NCBI GenBank assembly: GCA_964016885.1
Contig: OZ024741.1
Location: 245,086,001 to 245,150,000, forward strand
Length of the DNA: 64,000 bases
DNA from: Eledone cirrhosa
Taxonomy: Eukaryota
Direction of reading: 5' to 3'
Shown: piece after piece, positions 27,407 to 42,697 of the stretch
Numbering within the stretch: position 1 is the stretch's first letter
Layout: every line of letters begins with the position of its first letter
Notes under the pieces: generated by a model
What the model was told of the DNA's origin: nothing
What the model saw: the letters and a program-made list of their open reading frames with translations, nothing else
The model's database searches: none
Translations under genes and position numbers: made by a program

Positions 27407-30400
27407 AATCCCATTAAAAACCATATTAAAAATTCAATTAAAAATCTATTTTGAAAAACCCATTAAAAACCCCATTATAAGCTCATAAAACACTCCATTA
27501 AAACCCCAACCAAACCCCCCATTAAAACACAATTAAAACATCATTAAGAATGCCAATAAAAGCGCCATTAAAAACCACATTGGAAACCCATAAAAACCCA
27601 ATTAAAACAAAATTAAAGTTTCCATTAAAAGTCCCCATTAAAACTCCATTAAAACACCCATTAAACCCCCCCTCGAAAAGACATTAAAACCTCAAATTTA
27701 AACCGAAATAAAAACTCAATTAAAACGCAATTAAAAACCCAATTAAAACACCATTAAAAACACAATTAAAAGCCCATTAAACCAATTAAAATTGCATTAA
27801 CACACCACTAAGGTTCCATTGGAAAACCATTAAAAATGTCATTAAAAACTACACTGAAAACCCATTAAACCCCCATTAAAAGCGCACCCAAAACTTTATA
27901 AAAAACCAAATAAAAACCCCATTAAAATACCATTAAAACGGCATAAAACACCATTAAAACTACATTAAAACTCAATTAAAAATTCCATTTAAATCTCCAT
28001 TATAAACTCAATTAAAACTCCATTAAAACTCAATTAAAAACTCCATTAAAAACACACACACATGAAGTTACATGCTGGCTTGCACACTTATAGCGATTGC
28101 TATTTCCTTTTAATTTCATTAAAACTAGGATGTTTTAGAAAGATAAAAACAAAACTGAATAATGAAGAGACTAGGGAGGGGTAAAGAAAGGCAGATCAGG
28201 CTGTAGAGGACAGTAGGGGGAGAAGAGGGAAGAGACTTGGGAGGGGTAAAGAAAGGCAGATCTGGCTGTAGAGGACAGTAGGGGGAGAAGAGGGAGAAAT
28301 AAACTAAATTATAAACTAAGTTATAAACTAAATTATAAACTAAATTAAAAACTCAATAAAATAAAATAAAATAAAATAAAATAAAATAAAATAAAATAAA
28401 ATAAAATAAAATAAAATAAAATAAAATAAAATAAAATAAAATAAAATAAAATAAAATAAAATAAAATAAAATAAAAAAAAATAAAATAAAATAAAATAAA
28501 AAAACCTAAAAAATATAAATAAAATAAAATAAAATAAATAAAATAAAATAAAATAAAATAAAATAAAATAAATAAAAATAAAATAAAATAAAAAAAAATA
28601 AAAAAAAATTAAATATAAAAAATAAATAAAATAAAATAAAATAAGAACTCAATTAAAAACTCAATTAAAAACTCAATCGAAGCACCATTAAAACACCATT
28701 AAAAACTCCACTATAAACCCACTAAACCCATTAAAAACCAATTAAAAATTCAATTACACATCCCATTAGAAATTTCATTAAAAACTCAATTAAAAGTTCC
28801 ATTGAAAACACATTCAAAACCCATTAACCCCATATTAAAAGTTCATAAAACTCTATTAAAAACCCAATAACAAACCAATTAAAACGCCATTAAAACGCCA
28901 CAAAACACAATAAAATGTCATAAAAACGCCATTAAAACATCACAAAAAGCCCAATTAAAAAACCATTAATAATGTCATTAAAAATTCCATAAAAATCCAT
29001 TAAAAACTCCACTAAAAGCCCATTAAAAAGTTCATTAAAAGCCATATTATAAATTTCATAAAAAACAATTGAAAACCCCATTATTTATGAGCCTTTTTTA
29101 TGAGTTTTTAATAGTGTTTTAATTCAGTTTTTAATTGCGTTTAAAATTGGGTTTTAATGGCTTTTTAATGGTGTTTTAATGGAATTTTAATGTGATTTTC
29201 GATGGTGTTTAATGGGTTTTTTATGGAGTTTTTAATTGGGTTTTCAATGGTGTTGTTTATGAGTTTTTAAATGGGTTTTTAATGGAATTTTTGATTGCGT
29301 TTTTAATGAAATTTTTAATAGATTCAAGGATGTTTTAATGGAGTTTTTAATGGTCTTTTTAATGGCGTTTTAATTGTGTTTTTATGGTGTTTAAATGCGT
29401 TTTAATGATTTTTAATTGGGTTTTTAATGGAGTATTTTTAATGAGCTCTTAATGGATTTTTCAATTGGATACTTAATGGGTTTTAATGGAATTTATAATA
29501 AGGGTTCTAATTGACTTTAAATATGATTTTTAATGGAGTTTTTAATGAAATTTCTAATGGTGTTTTTAATTGCGTTTCCCCCCGTGAGGGTTTTAATGGC
29601 ATTTTAAATGACATTTTAATGAGTTTTTATGATGTTTTAATGGCGTTGTAATTGTTTTTTATTGGGTTTTTAATATAATTTTGTATGAGCTTTTAATGGG
29701 GGTTTTCAATGTTGTTTTTAATGGAGTGTTTAATGGAATTTTAATGGGGGTTTGATAAAAAAAATTAATTGCTTTTTAATTTAATTTTTAATGCGTTTTT
29801 GATGGTGTTTAAGTGCGTTCATGATGATCTTTTTAATGGATTTTTAATGGGGTTTTAATTGACTTTTTAATGGTGTTTTCAATGTAATTTTTAATGATAG
29901 TTTAATGGTGTTTTAATGACGTTTTAATTGTGTTTTTTATGGTGTTTTAGTGACGTTTAAATAGGATTTTTAATTGGTTTTTTAATTGAGTATTTATATG
30001 AGTTTTCACTGGTGTTTTTAATGGGTTTTTCAATATTGCATTTAATGAAATTTTTAATATGGTTTGAAATGGAATTTTTAATGTGTTTTTAATTGGGTTT
30101 CTAGTGACGTTTTTAATGGTACTTTAAATGACGTTTTAATGACTTTTATGGCGTTTTAATGGGTTTTTTAATTGGGTTTTTAATGTAGTTTTTTAAAAGA
30201 TCTTTACTTGGGATTTTATGGGTTTTCAATGCGGTTTTTAATGGTATATTAATGGAGTTTTTGGTGTGGTTGTTAATGGTATTAGTGACATTTTAATGTG
30301 TTTTTAATGGTGTTTTAAGCGAGTTTCTGATTTAGTTTAAATTTAAATATTTGATGGTCCTTCTAATGGGCTTTAATGGATGTGTAATGTGTTTAATGCA

Positions 30401-30610
30401 ATTTTAATGGGGTTTAATGGGGGTAGAAGGTTTCAATGTGTTTTAATGGAGTTTTAATGGCTAGTGCTCTTTTTTTAAGAGTTTTTAATGGTGTTTTTAA
30501 TGGTTTTTCATTGAGCTTTTAATTGCGTTTTTAATTGCGTTTTTAATCTAGTTTAAAAATTGAGTTTTAATGGGTTTTTCAATTAGGTTTTTAATGGATT
30601 TATAATGGTG
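24499..30610 (+). repeat. Macrosatellite unit 5 (~6112 bp; GGATCC variant)
   Basis: Anchor at 24499, next at 30611. Confidence 0.95.
26870..27264. repeat. Foldback palindrome, unit 5
   Basis: Same termini; shares the unit-4 right-arm deletion. Confidence 0.95.
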
Positions 30611-32632
30611 TTTTTTACGGATCCTTTAATTTTTTATAATGGGTTTTCAATGCCGTTTTAATGGTGTTTTTTAATGGTATCCTTAATGACGCTTCGATAA
30701 GTTTCAATGTTATTTTAATGGGGTTTTGATTGATTTTTTAATGGAGTTTTTTTAATGAACTTTTATTGGGGTTTTCAATCAGGTTTTTAACTGAATTTTT
30801 AATGTTTTTCAATTAGATTTTTTATGGAGTTTTTATGGGCTTTTTAATGAGTTTTTAATGGTGTGCTAATTGAGTTTTCAATTACCTTTTTAATTGAGTA
30901 TAAAATCGAGTTTTTACTAAGTTTTTAATGAATTTTTAATGGAATTTTAATGGGGTTTCCAATGGACTTTTAATTGTGTTTTAATGGGGTTTTAAAATTG
31001 GTGTTTAGTTGCATTTTCAGGGGCTTTTAATGGGGCTTAATGGGGGTTTAATGGGGGATTTAATTGAGTTTTTAATGGAGTTTAATAGAGTTTATAATGG
31101 AGGTTTTAATGGAGTTTTTAATGAAGTTTTAATGTAGTTTTTAATGAGGTTTTTAATGACGATTTTAATGGCGTTCTTAATGGCGTTTTAATGGTATTTT
31201 ATGGCATTTTAATGACTGTTGTAATGGTTTTTAATGGAGTGTTAATTGGTTATTAATTGTATTTTAATGGGTTTTATGAGCTTTTTAATGGACTTTTTAG
31301 TGGTGCTTTTAATGGAGTTTTTAATGGGTCTTTTAATGGAATTTGCAATGTAGTTTTTAATGGTGTTTTCAATTGTATTTTTAATGACGTTTTAATGGTG
31401 TTTTTTATGGCGTTTTAATAGGATTTTTAATTGGTTTTTTAAAGGACTATTATTATGGGTTTTTTATGTAATTTTATAATGGGATTTTCAGTAGGGTTTT
31501 TAATTGGATTTTTAATGGAGTTTATAATATGGTTTTTAATTGGATTTTTAAAGAATTTATAATTGCGGTTTTAATATAGTGTTTAATGGAGTATTTAATT
31601 GGTTTTTAATGGTAATTTTAATGGAGTGTTTAATGTGTTTTTAATGGGGGAGGAGGGGGGTAAAATGCAGTTTTTAATTGAGTTATCAATGGAGTTTTTA
31701 ATGACATTTTTAATGACGTTTTAATAGCGTTTTATGACGTTTTAATGACGTTTTAATGGTTTTTTTATTGGGTTTTGGGAGTTTTTATGAGCTTCTAATT
31801 AGGTTTTAAATGGGGTTTTCAATGAGGTTTTTAGTGGAATTTTTAATGGGCCTTTAATGTATTTTTAATGGGATTTTAATGTTTTTTATGGCGTTTTTAA
31901 TGGTATTTTAAATGCTGTTTTAATGTTTCTTTTATGGCCTTTTAATTGGGTTTTTGATTGAGTTTTTAATGGATTTTTTTTAACGAGAATTATGAAGTTT
32001 AATGGGTTTCCAGTGTGTTTTAAATGAAGTTTTTGATAATATTTTTAATGGCATTTTAATGGCGGTTATGGGATTTTAATGGGTTCTGATGGTATTTTTG
32101 TGGGTTTTAATGGGGTGTTAAATGGTTTTAATGTTGTTTTACTTGCGCTTTCGATTACGTTTACAATTAAGTTTTTACTGTTTTTAATTGGATTTTTAAT
32201 GGATTTTAATGTGGTTTTTAATGGAATTTTAATGGTGTTTTAATATAGTTTTTAATGGGTTTCGGATGTAGCTTTTAATGGTGGTTTAGTGTGCTTTTTA
32301 TTGGGTTTTTAATGAGTTTTTATGAGCTTTTCAATGGAGTTTTTAATGGTGTTTATATATATATATATACATACATACATATATATGTATATATATATAT
32401 TTACACATATATATGTGTATATATATATGTGTATATATATATTTACACATATATATGTGTATATATATATTTACACATATATATGTGTATTAAATATATA
32501 TATATTAAATATATATATATATATATATATTAAATATATATATATATATATATTAAATATATATATATATATATATATATATTAAATAAATATATATATA
32601 TATATTAAATATATATATATATATATATATAT

Positions 32633-32667
<35 letters not shown>

Positions 32668-33346
32668 CACTTTCATGTTACACACTATATATAAACTGGG
32701 ATTTATATTTTGCGTTAGTGCCATATTAAGCTGACAACGATATATTCGTATCTTAAAAAATATTTTTTTTAGATCACATTGTTCTAGATATTAAAATTAT
32801 TAAATCTATTTTCAATTTGCACGAACACTTGCATATACTACATACATACATTTATATAGACACTAACACAAATATTAGCATATACATAATTTCTTAGTCA
32901 TTGAGGATGTGTTTTTATATATGCATATTGCATACATACATACATACACACATACAAGCATATACATAGACATACACACACACATATATACACACACTGT
33001 ATATATATATATACATACACACACACACACATATATATATACACACACACACTATATATATATATAGTGTGTGGTGTATATATATATATATGTGTGTGTG
33101 TGTATGTATATATATACAGTGTGTGTATATATATGTGTGTGTATGTGTATGTATATGCTTGTATGTGTGTATGTATGGATGCAATATGCATATGTATGTA
33201 TAAAAAACACATCCTCAATTACTAAGAAAATATGTATATGCTAATATTTGTGTTATATATATATATATGTATATATATATATACGCACACACTATATATA
33301 TATATATATATACATACACACTATATATATATATATACACACACAC

Positions 33347-33395
<49 letters not shown>

Positions 33396-36300
33396 AATCC
33401 CATTAAAAACCACATTAAAAATTCAATTAAAAATCTATTTTGAAAAACCCATTAAAAACCCCATTATAAGCTCATAAAACACTCCATTAAAACCCCAACC
33501 AAACCCCCCATTAAAACACAATTAAAACATCATTAAGAATGCCAATAAAAGTGCCATTAAAAACCACATTGGAAACCAATAAAAACCCAATTAAAACAAA
33601 ATTAAAGTTTCCATTAAAAGTCCCCATTAAAACTCCATTAAAACCCCCATTAAACCCCCCTCGAAAAGACATTAAAACCTCAAATTTAAACCGAAATAAA
33701 AACTCAATTAAAACGCAATTAAAAACTCAATTAAAACACCATTAAAAACACAATTAAAAGCCCATTAAACCAATTAAAATTGCATTAACACACCACTAAG
33801 GTTCCATTGGAAAACCATTAAAAATGTCATTAAAAACTACACTGAAAACCCATTAAACCCCCATTAAAAGCGCACCCAAAACTTTATAAAAAACCAAATA
33901 AAAACCCCATTAAAATACCATTAAAACGGCATAAAACACCATTAAAACTACATTAAAACTCAATTAAAAATTCCATTTAAATCTCCATTATAAACTCAAT
34001 TAAAACTCCATTAAAACTCAATTAAAAACTCCATTAAAAACACACACACATGAAGTTACATGCTGGCTTGCACACTTATAGCGATTGCTATTTCCTTTTA
34101 ATTTCATTAAAACTAGGATGTTTTAGAAAGATAAAAACAAAACTGAATAATGAAGAGACTAGGGAGGGGTAAAGAAAGGCAGATCAGGCTGTAGAGGACA
34201 GTAGGGGGAGAAGAGGGAAGAGACTTGGGAGGGGTAAAGAAAGGCAGATCTGGCTGTAGAGGACAGTAGGGGGAGAAGAGGGAGAAATAAACTAAATTAT
34301 AAACTAAGTTATAAACTAAATTATAAACTAAATTAAAAACTCAATAAAATAAAATAAAATAAAATAAAATAAAATAAAATAAAATAAAATAAAATAAAAT
34401 AAAATAAAATAAAATAAAATAAAATAAAATAAAAAATAAAATAAAATAAAATAAAATAAAATAAAATAAAATAAAATAAAATAAAATAAAAAAAATATAA
34501 TAAAATAAAAAAAAATAAATAAAATAAAATAAAATAAAATAAAATAAAATAAAATAAAAAAAAATAAAATAAAATAAAATAAAAAAAACTAAAAAATATA
34601 AATAAAATAAAATAAAATAAATAAAATAAAATAAATAAAATAAAATAAATAAAAATAAAATAAAATAAAAAAAAATAAAAAAAAATTAAATATAAAAAAT
34701 AAATAAAATAAAATAAAATAAGAACTCAATTAAAAACTCAGTAAAAACTCAATTAAAAACTCAATTAAAAACTCAATCGAAGCACCATTAAAACACCATT
34801 AAAAACTCCACTATAAACCCACTAAACCCATTAAAAACCAATTAAAAATTCAATTACACATCCCATTAGAAATTTCATTAAAAACTCAATTAAAAGTTCC
34901 ATTGAAAACACATTCAAAACCCATTAACCCCATATTAAAAGTTCATAAAACTCTATTAAAAACCCAATAACAAACCAATTAAAACGCCATTAAAACGCCA
35001 CAAAACACAATAAAATGTCATAAAAACGCCATTAAAACATCACAAAAAGCCCAATTAAAAAACCATTAATAATGTCATTAAAAATTGCATAAAAATCCAT
35101 TAAAAACTCCACTAAAAGCCCATTAAAAAGTTCATTAAAAGCCATATTATAAATTTCATAAAAAACAATTGAAAACCCCATTATTTATGAGCCTTTTTTT
35201 ATGAGTTTTTAATAGTGTTTCAATTCAGTTTTTAATTGCGTTTAAAATTGGGTTTTAATGGCTTTTTAATGGTGTTTTAATGGGATTTTCGATGGTGTTT
35301 AATGGGTTTTTTATGGAGTTTTTAATTGGGTTTTCAATGGTGTTGTTTATGAGTTTTTAAATGGGTTTTTAATGGAATTTTTGAATGCGTTTTTAATGAA
35401 ATTTTTAATAGATTCAAGGATGTTTTAATGGAGTTTTTAATGGCGTTTTAATTGAGTTTTTATGGTGTTTAAATGCGTTTTAATGATTTTTAATTGGGTT
35501 TTTAATGGAGTATTTTTAATGAGCTCTTAATGGATTTTTCAATTGGATACTTAATGGGTTTTAATGGAATTTATAATAAGGGTTCTAATTGACTTTAAAT
35601 ATGATTTTTAATGGAGTTTTTAATGAAATTTCTAATGGTGTTTTTAATTGCGTTCCCCCCGTGAGGGTTTTAATGGCATTTTAAATGACATTTTAATGAG
35701 TTTTTATGATGTTTTAATGGCGTTGTAATTGTTTTTTATTGGGTTTTTAATATAATTTTGTATGAGCTTTTAATGGGGGTTTTCAATGTTGTTTTTAATG
35801 GAGTGTTTAATGGAATTTTAATGGGGGTTTGATAAAAAAAATTAATTGCTTTTTAATTTAATTTTTAATGCGTTTTTGATGGTGTTTAAGTGCGTTCATG
35901 ATGATCTTTTTAATGGATTTTTAATGGGGTTTTAATTGAATTTTTAATGGTGTTTTCAATGTAATTTTTAATGATAGTTTAATAGTGTTTTAATGACGTT
36001 TTAATTGTGTTTTTTATGGTGTTTTAGTGACGTTTAAATAGGATTTTTAATTGGTTTTTTAATTGAGTATTTATATGAGTTTTCACTGGTGTTTTTAATG
36101 GGTTTTTCAATATTGCATTTAATGAAATTTTTAATATGGTTTCAAATGGAATTTTTAATGTGTTTTTAATTGGGTTTCTAGTGACGTTTTTAATGGTACT
36201 TTAAATGACGTTTTAATGACTTTTATGGCGTTTTAATGGGTTTTTTAATTGGGTTTTTAATGTAGTTTTTTAAAAGATCTTTACTTGGGATTTTATGGGT

Positions 36301-36675
36301 TTTCAATGCGGTTTTTAATGGTATATTAATGGAGTTTTTGGTGTGGTTGTTAATGGTATTAGTGACATTTTAATGTGTTTTTAATGGTGTTTTAAGCGAG
36401 TTTCTGATTTAGTTTAAATTTAAATATTTGATGGTCCTTCTAATGGGCTTTGATGGATGTGTAATGTGTTTAATGCAATTTTAATGGGGTTTAATGGGGG
36501 TAGTAGGTTTCAATGGGTTTTAATGGAGTTTTAATGGCTAGTGCTCTTTTTTAAAGAGTTTTTAATGGTGTTTTTAATGGTTTTTCATTGAGCTTTTAAT
36601 TGCGTTTTTAATCTAGTTTAAAAATTGAGTTTTAATGGGTTTTTCAATTAGGTTTTTAATGGATTTATAATGGTG
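30611..36675 (+). repeat. Macrosatellite unit 6 (~6065 bp; GGATCC variant)
   Basis: Anchor at 30611, next at 36676. Confidence 0.95.
32864..33255. repeat. Foldback palindrome, unit 6
   Basis: Same termini; short deletion in the left arm (TTTTTATATATGCAT). Confidence 0.95.
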
Positions 36676-38530
36676 TTTTTTACGGACCCTTTAATTTTTT
36701 ATAATGGGTTTTCAATGCCGTTTTAATGGTGTTTTTTAATGGTATCCTTAATGACGCTTCGATAAGTTTCAATGTTATTTTAATGGGGTTTTGATTGATT
36801 TTTTAATGGAGTTTTTTTAATGAACTTTTATTGGGGTTTTCAATCAGGTTTTTAACTGAATTTTTAATGTTTTTCAATTAGATTTTTTATGGAGTTTTTA
36901 TGGGCTTTTTAATGAGTTTGTAATGGTGTGCTAATTGAGTTTTCAATTACCTTTTTAATTGAGTATAAAATCGAGTTTTTACTAAGTTTTTAATGAATTT
37001 TTAATGGAATTTTAATGGGGTTTCCAATGGACTTTTAATTGTGTTTTAATGGGGTTTTAAAATTGGTTTTTAGTTGCATTTTTCAGGGGCTTTTAATGGG
37101 GCTTAATGGGGGTTTAATGGGGGATTTAATTGAGTTTTATTGGAGTTTAATAGAGTTTATAATGGAGGTTTTAATGGAGTTTTTAATGAAGTTTTAATGT
37201 AGTTTTTAATGAGGTTTTTAATGACGATTTTAATGGCGTTCTTAATGGCGTTTTAATGGTATTTTATGGCATTTTAATGACGGTTGTAATGGTTTTTAAT
37301 GGAGTGTTAATTGGTTATTAATTGTATTTTAATGGGTTTTATGAGCTTTTTAATGGGCTTTTTAGTGGTGTTTTTAATGGAGTTTTTAATGGGTCTTTTA
37401 ATGGAATTTGCAATGTAGTTTTTAATGGTGTTTTTAATTGTATTTTTAATGACGTTTTAATGGTGTTTTTTATGGCGTTTTAATAGGATTTTTAATTGGT
37501 TTTTTAAAGGACTATTATTATGGGTTTTTATGTAATTTTATAATGGGATTTTCAGTAGGGTTTTTAATTGGATTTTTAATGGAGTTTATAATATGTTTTT
37601 TAATTGGATTTTTAAAGAATTTATAATTGCGGTTTTAATATAGTGTTTAATGGAGTATTTAATTGGTTTTTAATGGTAATTTTAATGGAGTGTTTAATGT
37701 GTTTTTAATGGGGGAGGAGGGGGGTAAAATGCAGTTTTTAATTGAGTTATCAATGGAGTTTTTAATGACATTTTTAATGACGTTTTAATAGCGTTTTATG
37801 ACGTTTTAATGACGTTTTAATGGGTTTTTTATTGGGTTTTGGGAGTTTTTATGAGCTTCTAATTAGGTTTTAAATGGGGTTTTCAATGAGGTTTTTAGTG
37901 GAATTTTTAATGGGCCTTTAATGTATTTTTAATGGGATTTTAATGTTTTTTATGGCGTTTTTAATGGTATTTTAAATGCTGTTTTAATGTTTCTTTTATG
38001 GCCTTTTAATTGGGTTTTTGATTGAGATTTTAATGGATTTTTTTTAACGAGAATTATGAAGTTTAATGGGTTTCCAGTGTGTTTTAAATGAAGTTTTTGA
38101 TAATATTTTTAATGGAATTTTAATGGGTTCTGGTGGTATTTTTGTGGGTTTTAATGGGGTGTTAAATGGTTTTAATGTTGTTTTACTTGCGCTTTCGATT
38201 ACGTTTACAATTAAGTTTTTACTGTTTTTAATTGGATTTTTAATGGATATTAATGTGGTTTTTAATGGAATTTTAATGGTGTTTTAATATAGTTTTTAAT
38301 TGGTTTCGGATGTAGCTTTTAATGGTGGTTTAGTGTGCTTTTTATTGGGTTTTTAATGAGTTTTTATGAGCTTTTCAATGGAGTTTTTAATGGTGTTTAT
38401 ATATATATATATACATACATATATATGTATATATATATATTTACACATATATATGTGTATATATATATGTGTATATATATATTTACACATATATATGTGT
38501 ATATATATATTTACACATATATATGTGTAT

Positions 38531-38568
<38 letters not shown>

Positions 38569-38569
38569 T

Positions 38570-38610
<41 letters not shown>

Positions 38611-38735
38611 TATATATATATATATATATATATTAAATATATATATATATACATATATTAGATATATATATATATATATATTAAATATATATATATATAT
38701 ATATATATATTAAATATATATATATATATATATAT

Positions 38736-38816
<81 letters not shown>

Positions 38817-39409
38817 CACTTTCATGTTACACACTATATATAAACTGGGATTTATATTTTGCGTTAGTGCCATATTAAGCTGACAACGATATATTCGTAT
38901 CTTAAAAAATATTTTTTTTAGATCACATTGTTCTAGATATTATTAAAATTATTAAATCTATTTTCAATTTGCACGAACACTTGCATATACTACATACATA
39001 CATTTATATAGACACTAACACAAATATTAGCATATACATAATTTCTTAGTCATTGAGGATGTGTTTTTATACATACATATGCATATTGCATACATACATA
39101 CATACACACATACAAGCATATACATAGACATACACACACACATATATACACACACTGTATATATATATATACATACACACACACACACATATATATATAC
39201 ACACACACACTATATATATATATAGTGTGTGGTGTATATATATATATGTGTGTGTGTGTATGTATATATATACAGTGTGTGTATATATATGTGTGTGTAT
39301 GTGTATGTATATGCTTGTATGTGTGTATGTATGGATGCAATATGCATATGTATGTATAAAAAACACATCCTCAATTACTAAGAAAATATGTATATGCTAA
39401 TATTTGTGT

Positions 39410-39441
<32 letters not shown>

Positions 39442-39514
39442 CGCACACACTATATATATATATATATATATACATACACACTATATATATATATATACAC
39501 ACACACTATATATT

Positions 39515-39567
<53 letters not shown>

Positions 39568-42500
39568 AATCCCATTAAAAACCACATTAAAAATTCAATT
39601 AAAAATCTATTTTGAAAAACCCATTAAAAACCCCATTATAAGCTCATAAAACACTCCATTAAAACCCCAACCAAACCCCCCATTAAAACACAATTAAAAA
39701 TCATTAAGAATGCCAATAAAAGCGCCATTAAAAACCACATTGGAAACCCATAAAAACCCAATTAAAACAAAATTAAAGTTTCCATTAAAAGTCCCCATTA
39801 AAACTCCATTAAAACCCCCATTAACCCCCCCTCGAAAAGACATTAAAACCTCAAATTTAAACCGAAATAAAAACTCAATAAAAACGCAATTAAAAACTCA
39901 ATTAAAACACCATTAAAAACACAATTAAAAGCCCATTAAACCAATTAAAATTGCATTAACACACCACTAAGGTTCCATTGGAAAACCATTAAAAATGTCA
40001 TTAAAAACTACACTGAAAACCCATTAAACCCCTATTAAAAGCGCACCCAAAACTTTATAAAAAACCAAATAAAAACCCCATTAAAATACCATTAAAACGG
40101 CATAAAACACAATTAAAACTACATTAAAACTCAATTAAAAATTCCATTTAAATCTCCATTATAAACTCAATTAAAACTCCATTAAAACTCAATTAAAAAC
40201 TCCATTAAAAACACACACACATGAAGTTACATGCTGGCTTGCACACTTATAGCGATTGCTATTTCCTTTTAATTTCATTAAAACTAGGATGTTTTAGAAA
40301 GATAAAAACAAAACTGAATAATGAAGAGACTAGGGAGGGGTAAAGAAAGGCAGATCAGGCTGTAGAGGACAGTAGGGGGAGAAGAGGGAAGAGACTTGGG
40401 AGGGGTAAAGAAAGGCAGATCTGGCTGTAGAGGACAGTAGGGGGAGAAGAGGGAGAAATAAACTAAATTATAAACTAAGTTATAAACTAAATTATAAACT
40501 AAATTAAAAACTCAATAAAATAAAATAAAATAAAATAAAATAAAATAAAATAAAATAAAATAAAATAAAATAAAATAAAATAAAAAATAAAATAAAATAA
40601 AATAAAATAAAAAAAAATAAAATAAAATAAAAAAAAAAAAAATAAAAAAAAATAAAATAAAATAAAATAAAAAAAACTAAAAAATATAAATAAAATAAAA
40701 TAAAATAAATAAAATAAAATAAAATAAAATAAAATAAATAAAAATAAAATAAAATAAAAAAAAATAAAAAAAAATTAAATATAAAAAATAAATAAAATAA
40801 AATAAAATAAGAACTCAATTAAAAACTCAGTAAAAACTCAATTAAAAACTCAATTAAAAACTCAATCGAAGCACCATTAAAACACCATTAAAAACTCCAC
40901 TATAAACCCACTAAACCCATTAAAAACCAATTAAAAATTCAATTACACATCCCATTAGAAATTTCATTAAAAACTCAATTAAAAGTTCCATTGAAAACAC
41001 ATTCAAAACCCATTAACCCCATATTAAAAGTTCATAAAACTCTATTAAAAACCCAATAACAAACCAATTAAAACGCCATTAAAACGCCACAAAACACAAT
41101 AAAATGTCATAAAAACGCCATTAAAAGCCATATTATAAATTTCATAAAAAACAATTGAAAACCCCATTATTTATGAGCCTTTTTTATGAGTTTTTAATAG
41201 TGTTTTAATTCAGTTTTTAATTGCGTTTAAAATTGGGTTTTAATGGCTTTTTAATGGTGTTTTAATGGAATTTTAATGGGATTTTCGATGGTGTTTAATG
41301 GGTTTTTTATGGAGTTTTTAATTGGGTTTTCAATGGTGTTGTTTATGAGTTTTTAAATGGGTTTTTAATGGAATTTTTGATTGCGTTTTTAATGAAATTT
41401 TTAATAGATTCGAGGATGTTTTAATGGAGTTTTTAATGGTCTTTTTAATGGCGTTTTAATTGTGTTTTTATGGTGTTTAAATGCGTTTTAATGATTTTTA
41501 ATTGGGTTTTTAATGGAGTATTTTTAACGATGCTCTTAATGGATTTTTCAATTGGATACTTAATGGGTTTTAATGGAATTTATAATAAGGGTTCTAATTG
41601 ACTTTAAATATGATTTTTAATGGAGTTTTTAATGAAATTTCTAATGGTGTTTTTAATTGCGTTTCCCCCCGTGAGGGTTTTAATGGCATTTTAAATGACA
41701 TTTTAATGAGTTTTTATGATGTTTTAATGGCGTTGTAATTGTTTTTTATTGGGTTTTTAATATAATTTTGTATGAGCTTTTAATGGGGGTTTTCAATGTT
41801 GTTTTTAATGGAGTGTTTAATGGAATTTTAATGGGGGTTTGATAAAAAAAATTAATTGCTTTTTAATTTAATTTTTAATGCGTTTTTGATGGTGTTTAAG
41901 TGCGTTCATGATGATCTTTTTAATGGATTTTTAATGGGGTTTTAATTGAATTTTTAATGGTGTTTTCAATGTAATTTTTAATGATAGTTTAATGGTGTTT
42001 TAATGACGTTTTAATTGTGTTTTTTATGGTGTTTTAGTGACGTTTAAATAGGATTTTTAATTGGTTTTTTAATTGAGTATTTATATGAGTTTTCACTGGT
42101 GTTTTTAATGGGTTTTTCAATATTGCATTTAATGAAATTTTTAATATGGTTTCAAATGGAATTTTTAATGTGTTTTTAATTGGGTTTCTAGTGACGTTTT
42201 TAATGGTACTTTAAATGACGTTTTAATGACTTTTATGGCGTTTTAATGGGTTTTTTAATTGGGTTTTTAATGTAGTTTTTTAAAAGATCTTTACTTGGGA
42301 TTTTATGGGTTTTCAATGCGGTTTTTAATGGTATATTAATGGAGTTTTTGGTGTGGTTGTTAATGGTATTAGTGACATTTTAATGTGTTTTTAATGGTGT
42401 TTTAAGCGAGTTTCTGATTTAGTTTAAATTTAAATATTTGATGGTCCTTCTAATGGGCTTTAATGGATGTGTAATGTGTTTAATGCAATTTTAATGGGGT

Positions 42501-42697
42501 TTAATGGGGGTAGTAGGTTTCAATGTGTTTTAATGGAGTTTTAATGGCTAGCGCTCTTTTTTTAAGAGTTTTTAATGGTGTTTTTAATGGTTTTTCATTG
42601 AGCTTTTAATTGCGTTTTTAATTGCGTTTTTAATCTAGTTTAAAAATTGAGTTTTAATGGGTTTTTCAATTAGGTTTTTAATGGATTTATAATGGTG
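36676..42697 (+). repeat. Macrosatellite unit 7 (~6022 bp; ~100 bp internal deletion)
   Basis: Anchor at 36676, next at 42698; lacks the CATCACAAAAAGCCC...AAGTT segment at ~41125. Confidence 0.95.
39016..39411. repeat. Foldback palindrome, unit 7
   Basis: Same termini and centre. Confidence 0.95.
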
